This document shows positions 30,058 through 32,000 of a stretch of DNA of 32,000 nt, one piece after another. Under the pieces are notes generated by a model. That model made no database searches and had not been told where the DNA came from. It was given only the letters and a program-made list of their open reading frames with translations. Position 1 is the first letter of the stretch. Every line of letters begins with the position of its first letter. A program made the translations under genes and the position numbers. This DNA is from Mycobacterium tuberculosis H37Rv (GTDB taxonomy: Bacteria; Actinomycetota; Actinomycetes; Mycobacteriales; Mycobacteriaceae), in assembly GCF_000195955.2 (NCBI RefSeq), contig NC_000962.3, forward strand, positions 990,001 through 1,022,000, given 5' to 3'.

Positions 30058-31329
30058 TTACCGCGGGGGGTTTCCGGGCGGCGGCTGCTCTCTAATCACA
30101 ACTACCGGGGGTTTGCGGCCGTCCTCTTGGCCGTCAGTGCTGGTGCCGCTACGGGTGCCGCCACCGCCCGTCGTGCCGCGTGCGGCCAGGCTCGCCAAAG
30201 CCATCCCGCTGAGCAGGCCTGCCGGCATCCCGTTTAGGGCCGTCGGGTCGGCGCCGGCGCTGGAGCTGAAGGTGGGTGTTGCCTGAACGGCGAGCTGGAT
30301 CTCCGGGGCGGCCGTGGTCCAGCTGTGCGGCACCGACAACGCTCCGACTAATGCTGCGTGGCCGACGCCCGCGGACACCGGCGCCGCGCCCCCGAAGGGG
30401 CCCCAGTGCGGCTCCGGCTCGTCGGTCGCCGAACTCAGTGGATGGCCCTGCGTCGGTCCCAGCCCGCCGGCGTTCCCGTATAGGCCGATGTGCCAGGGTC
30501 TGGCCGTGTTCGTGATCGCGAGCGCAATGCTGCCGGTCGCGATGGATGCAATGTAGAGCGCGATCACGTCCAATTCCCCTATCGGGGTGGGGATCACTAT
30601 CGGCTGAGCGGATCCGACTTGCGGGTTGAGGGTCGACGCGATCCCCAACAGTCCCGATGTCAGCGGATCAGCGTTGGCGGCCAATGCGGACAGAATGTCG
30701 CTCAGGATCCCCGGGGGCAGCTGGGCCAGTGTCGCCTGTGCATCCGCAACGGCGCCCGCACCGGCGGCTTGGGTCGCCGCGGCTGCGGCCGCGGGCCCGG
30801 CCGGGCCGGTGCCTTGCACGGGTGGAGTGAACGGCGGCAACGCCGACGCGGCCGCAGATGCCCCCTCATAGCTGTACATCACGGCAGCGTCTTGGGCCCA
30901 CATTTCGGCATACTCGGCCTGGGTAGCCGCGATCGCCGCACTGTTTTGCCCCAGAATGTTCGCCGCGACCAGCGACATCAACCGGCTGCGGTTGGCCGCG
31001 ACGAGGGATGGTGGCACCGTCATCGCGAACGCCGTCCCAAACGCTTCCGCCGCTGCCCTCGCCTGTGTGGCCGTCTCCTTCGCCAGCGCCGCCGTGGCGG
31101 CCAGCCACCCCACATACGGCGTTGCCGCGGCCGCCATCGCGGCCGCCGCCGGCCCCATCCACGGCTCAACGATCAGCGTCGACACCACCGATCCATACGA
31201 GACCGCGGCGGAAGTCAACTCCGCGGCCACACCGTCCCAGGCGGCCGCGGCGGCTAGCATCGACTCCGGCCCCGGACCGGAATACATTCGGCTTGAATTC
31301 ACTTCCGGAGGTAAAAGCCCGAAATCCAT
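30058..31329 (-). CDS. PPE14: PPE family protein (SVP subgroup), 423 aa
   Basis: MDFGLLPPEVNSSRMYSGPGPESMLAAAAAWDGVAAEL: canonical PPE N-terminus with WxG motif; C-terminal ALSVPHSWTTAAP fits the SVP motif. Confidence 0.94.
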   Translation of the reverse strand: MDFGLLPPEVNSSRMYSGPGPESMLAAAAAWDGVAAELTSAAVSYGSVVSTLIVEPWMGPAAAAMAAAATPYVGWLAATAALAKETATQARAAAEAFGTAFAMTVPPSLVAANRSRLMSLVAANILGQNSAAIAATQAEYAEMWAQDAAVMYSYEGASAAASALPPFTPPVQGTGPAGPAAAAAATQAAGAGAVADAQATLAQLPPGILSDILSALAANADPLTSGLLGIASTLNPQVGSAQPIVIPTPIGELDVIALYIASIATGSIALAITNTARPWHIGLYGNAGGLGPTQGHPLSSATDEPEPHWGPFGGAAPVSAGVGHAALVGALSVPHSWTTAAPEIQLAVQATPTFSSSAGADPTALNGMPAGLLSGMALASLAARGTTGGGGTRSGTSTDGQEDGRKPPVVVIREQPPPGNPPR

Positions 31330-31343
31330 TGCCAGCAACCTCC

Positions 31344-31643
31344 TTAACCGGTCGCGACCACATTGACGGCCTCGGTGGTCGCATACGCATCGGCGGTGGC
31401 CGCCGGGAGGGCCACGAACATGCCATGGACCAGCGCGGCCGGCTTACTCACCACTCGGTAGTGCTTGGTGTGCGCGGTGAACCGGGCCGCCGTCAGGACC
31501 GACACGTCATTGGCAGCAGGGGGTAACACCCCCGTCGTCGGGGCACAGACGGCTGTGTTCCGAGCACTCACGGCGGTACCGATCGTCGGCAAGTCCCCCG
31601 TCGCGGCTGCCAAGACCACCGGCTGGATGGTCACAAAAGACAT
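31344..31643 (-). CDS. PE7: PE family protein, 99 aa
   Basis: MSFVTIQPVVLAAATGDLPTIGTAVSARNTAVCAPTTGVLPPAANDVSVLTAARFTAHTKHYRVVSKPAALVHGMFVALPAATADAYATTEAVN; 14 bp upstream of PPE14, with YxxxE export-type motif. Confidence 0.93.
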   Translation of the reverse strand: MSFVTIQPVVLAAATGDLPTIGTAVSARNTAVCAPTTGVLPPAANDVSVLTAARFTAHTKHYRVVSKPAALVHGMFVALPAATADAYATTEAVNVVATG

Positions 31644-31868
31644 CGGATACCACCTGACGCGGATCGCTTCATCTGATCGGTCGACATCTTCTACATAACC
31701 ACGGAAATGTCTGCTTTATAACGGAATTAGACTACTTTGTGTTGTCTGGCGTTGCTCTGCACCGACGGCATGGGTAAACGTCTGAGATGCGGGTGTCGGC
31801 GGTAGCTGAAAAACCGTGCTGACAACCATGATTCGCCATTCCCGAACGACCTGCGAACTTTGTCGCCT

Positions 31869-31927
31869 AGCGTAACGCCGTGGCGAGATTTGGCTCGATT
31901 GTTCGCAGTGGCGTTACGCTCGCCACG
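31869..31927. promoter_or_regulatory. Interleaved inverted repeats upstream of PE7
   Basis: A AGCGTAACGCC (31869-31879) pairs with A' GGCGTTACGCT (31910-31920); B CGTGGCGAG (31879-31887) pairs with B' CTCGCCACG (31919-31927). Confidence 0.55.
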
Positions 31928-32000
31928 CGTGAGCCTGGATCAGGCAAACGCGGCTCCACCTGGCCATTTGCTGTCCGAGACGGTAGTTACTCAGCATGGT

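Noticed and set aside
30490-31257. 255-aa Gly/Arg-rich plus ORF antisense to PPE14
   Set aside because: Produced by repetitive GC-rich codons of the PPE gene; no independent evidence.

Overview
This 32 kb window is high-GC actinobacterial chromosome. From protein sequences, gene order and gene sizes I recognise it as the Mycobacterium tuberculosis complex region corresponding to Rv0890c through Rv0916c; this is recalled knowledge, no search was run. Content: a LuxR/STAND regulator (partial at the left edge) with an adjacent cyclase-domain protein; a flavin monooxygenase; a SAM-dependent methyltransferase; a truncated STAND ATPase; a WS/DGAT acyltransferase; citrate synthase gltA2; an FAD oxidoreductase; the ompA/arfABC operon; the prrB/prrA two-component system; accD3; echA6; an MBL-fold protein; a beta-lactamase-like serine hydrolase; the P-type ATPase ctpE; an Rv0909/Rv0910-type toxin-antitoxin pair; a double-VOC protein; a carotenoid oxygenase; a thiolase-like protein; and a PPE/PE pair. 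I found no clearly new multigene defence or mobile system, and no CRISPR, rRNA or tRNA. The most valuable observations are small-scale: (1) a one-base frame break that splits an apparent ancestral cyclase-STAND-LuxR protein into two ORFs; (2) an unannotated VOC/glyoxalase pseudogene on the minus strand with one in-frame TGA; (3) an apparent out-of-frame lipoprotein signal peptide at the start of the serine hydrolase; (4) an ISL3-like transposase remnant after ctpE; (5) two large GAGCAGAC-family terminator hairpins, one of which encodes the C-terminus of a convergent gene; (6) a perfectly centred palindromic TATA element between two divergent start codons; and (7) interleaved inverted repeats capable of alternative folds or a pseudoknot near the right end.
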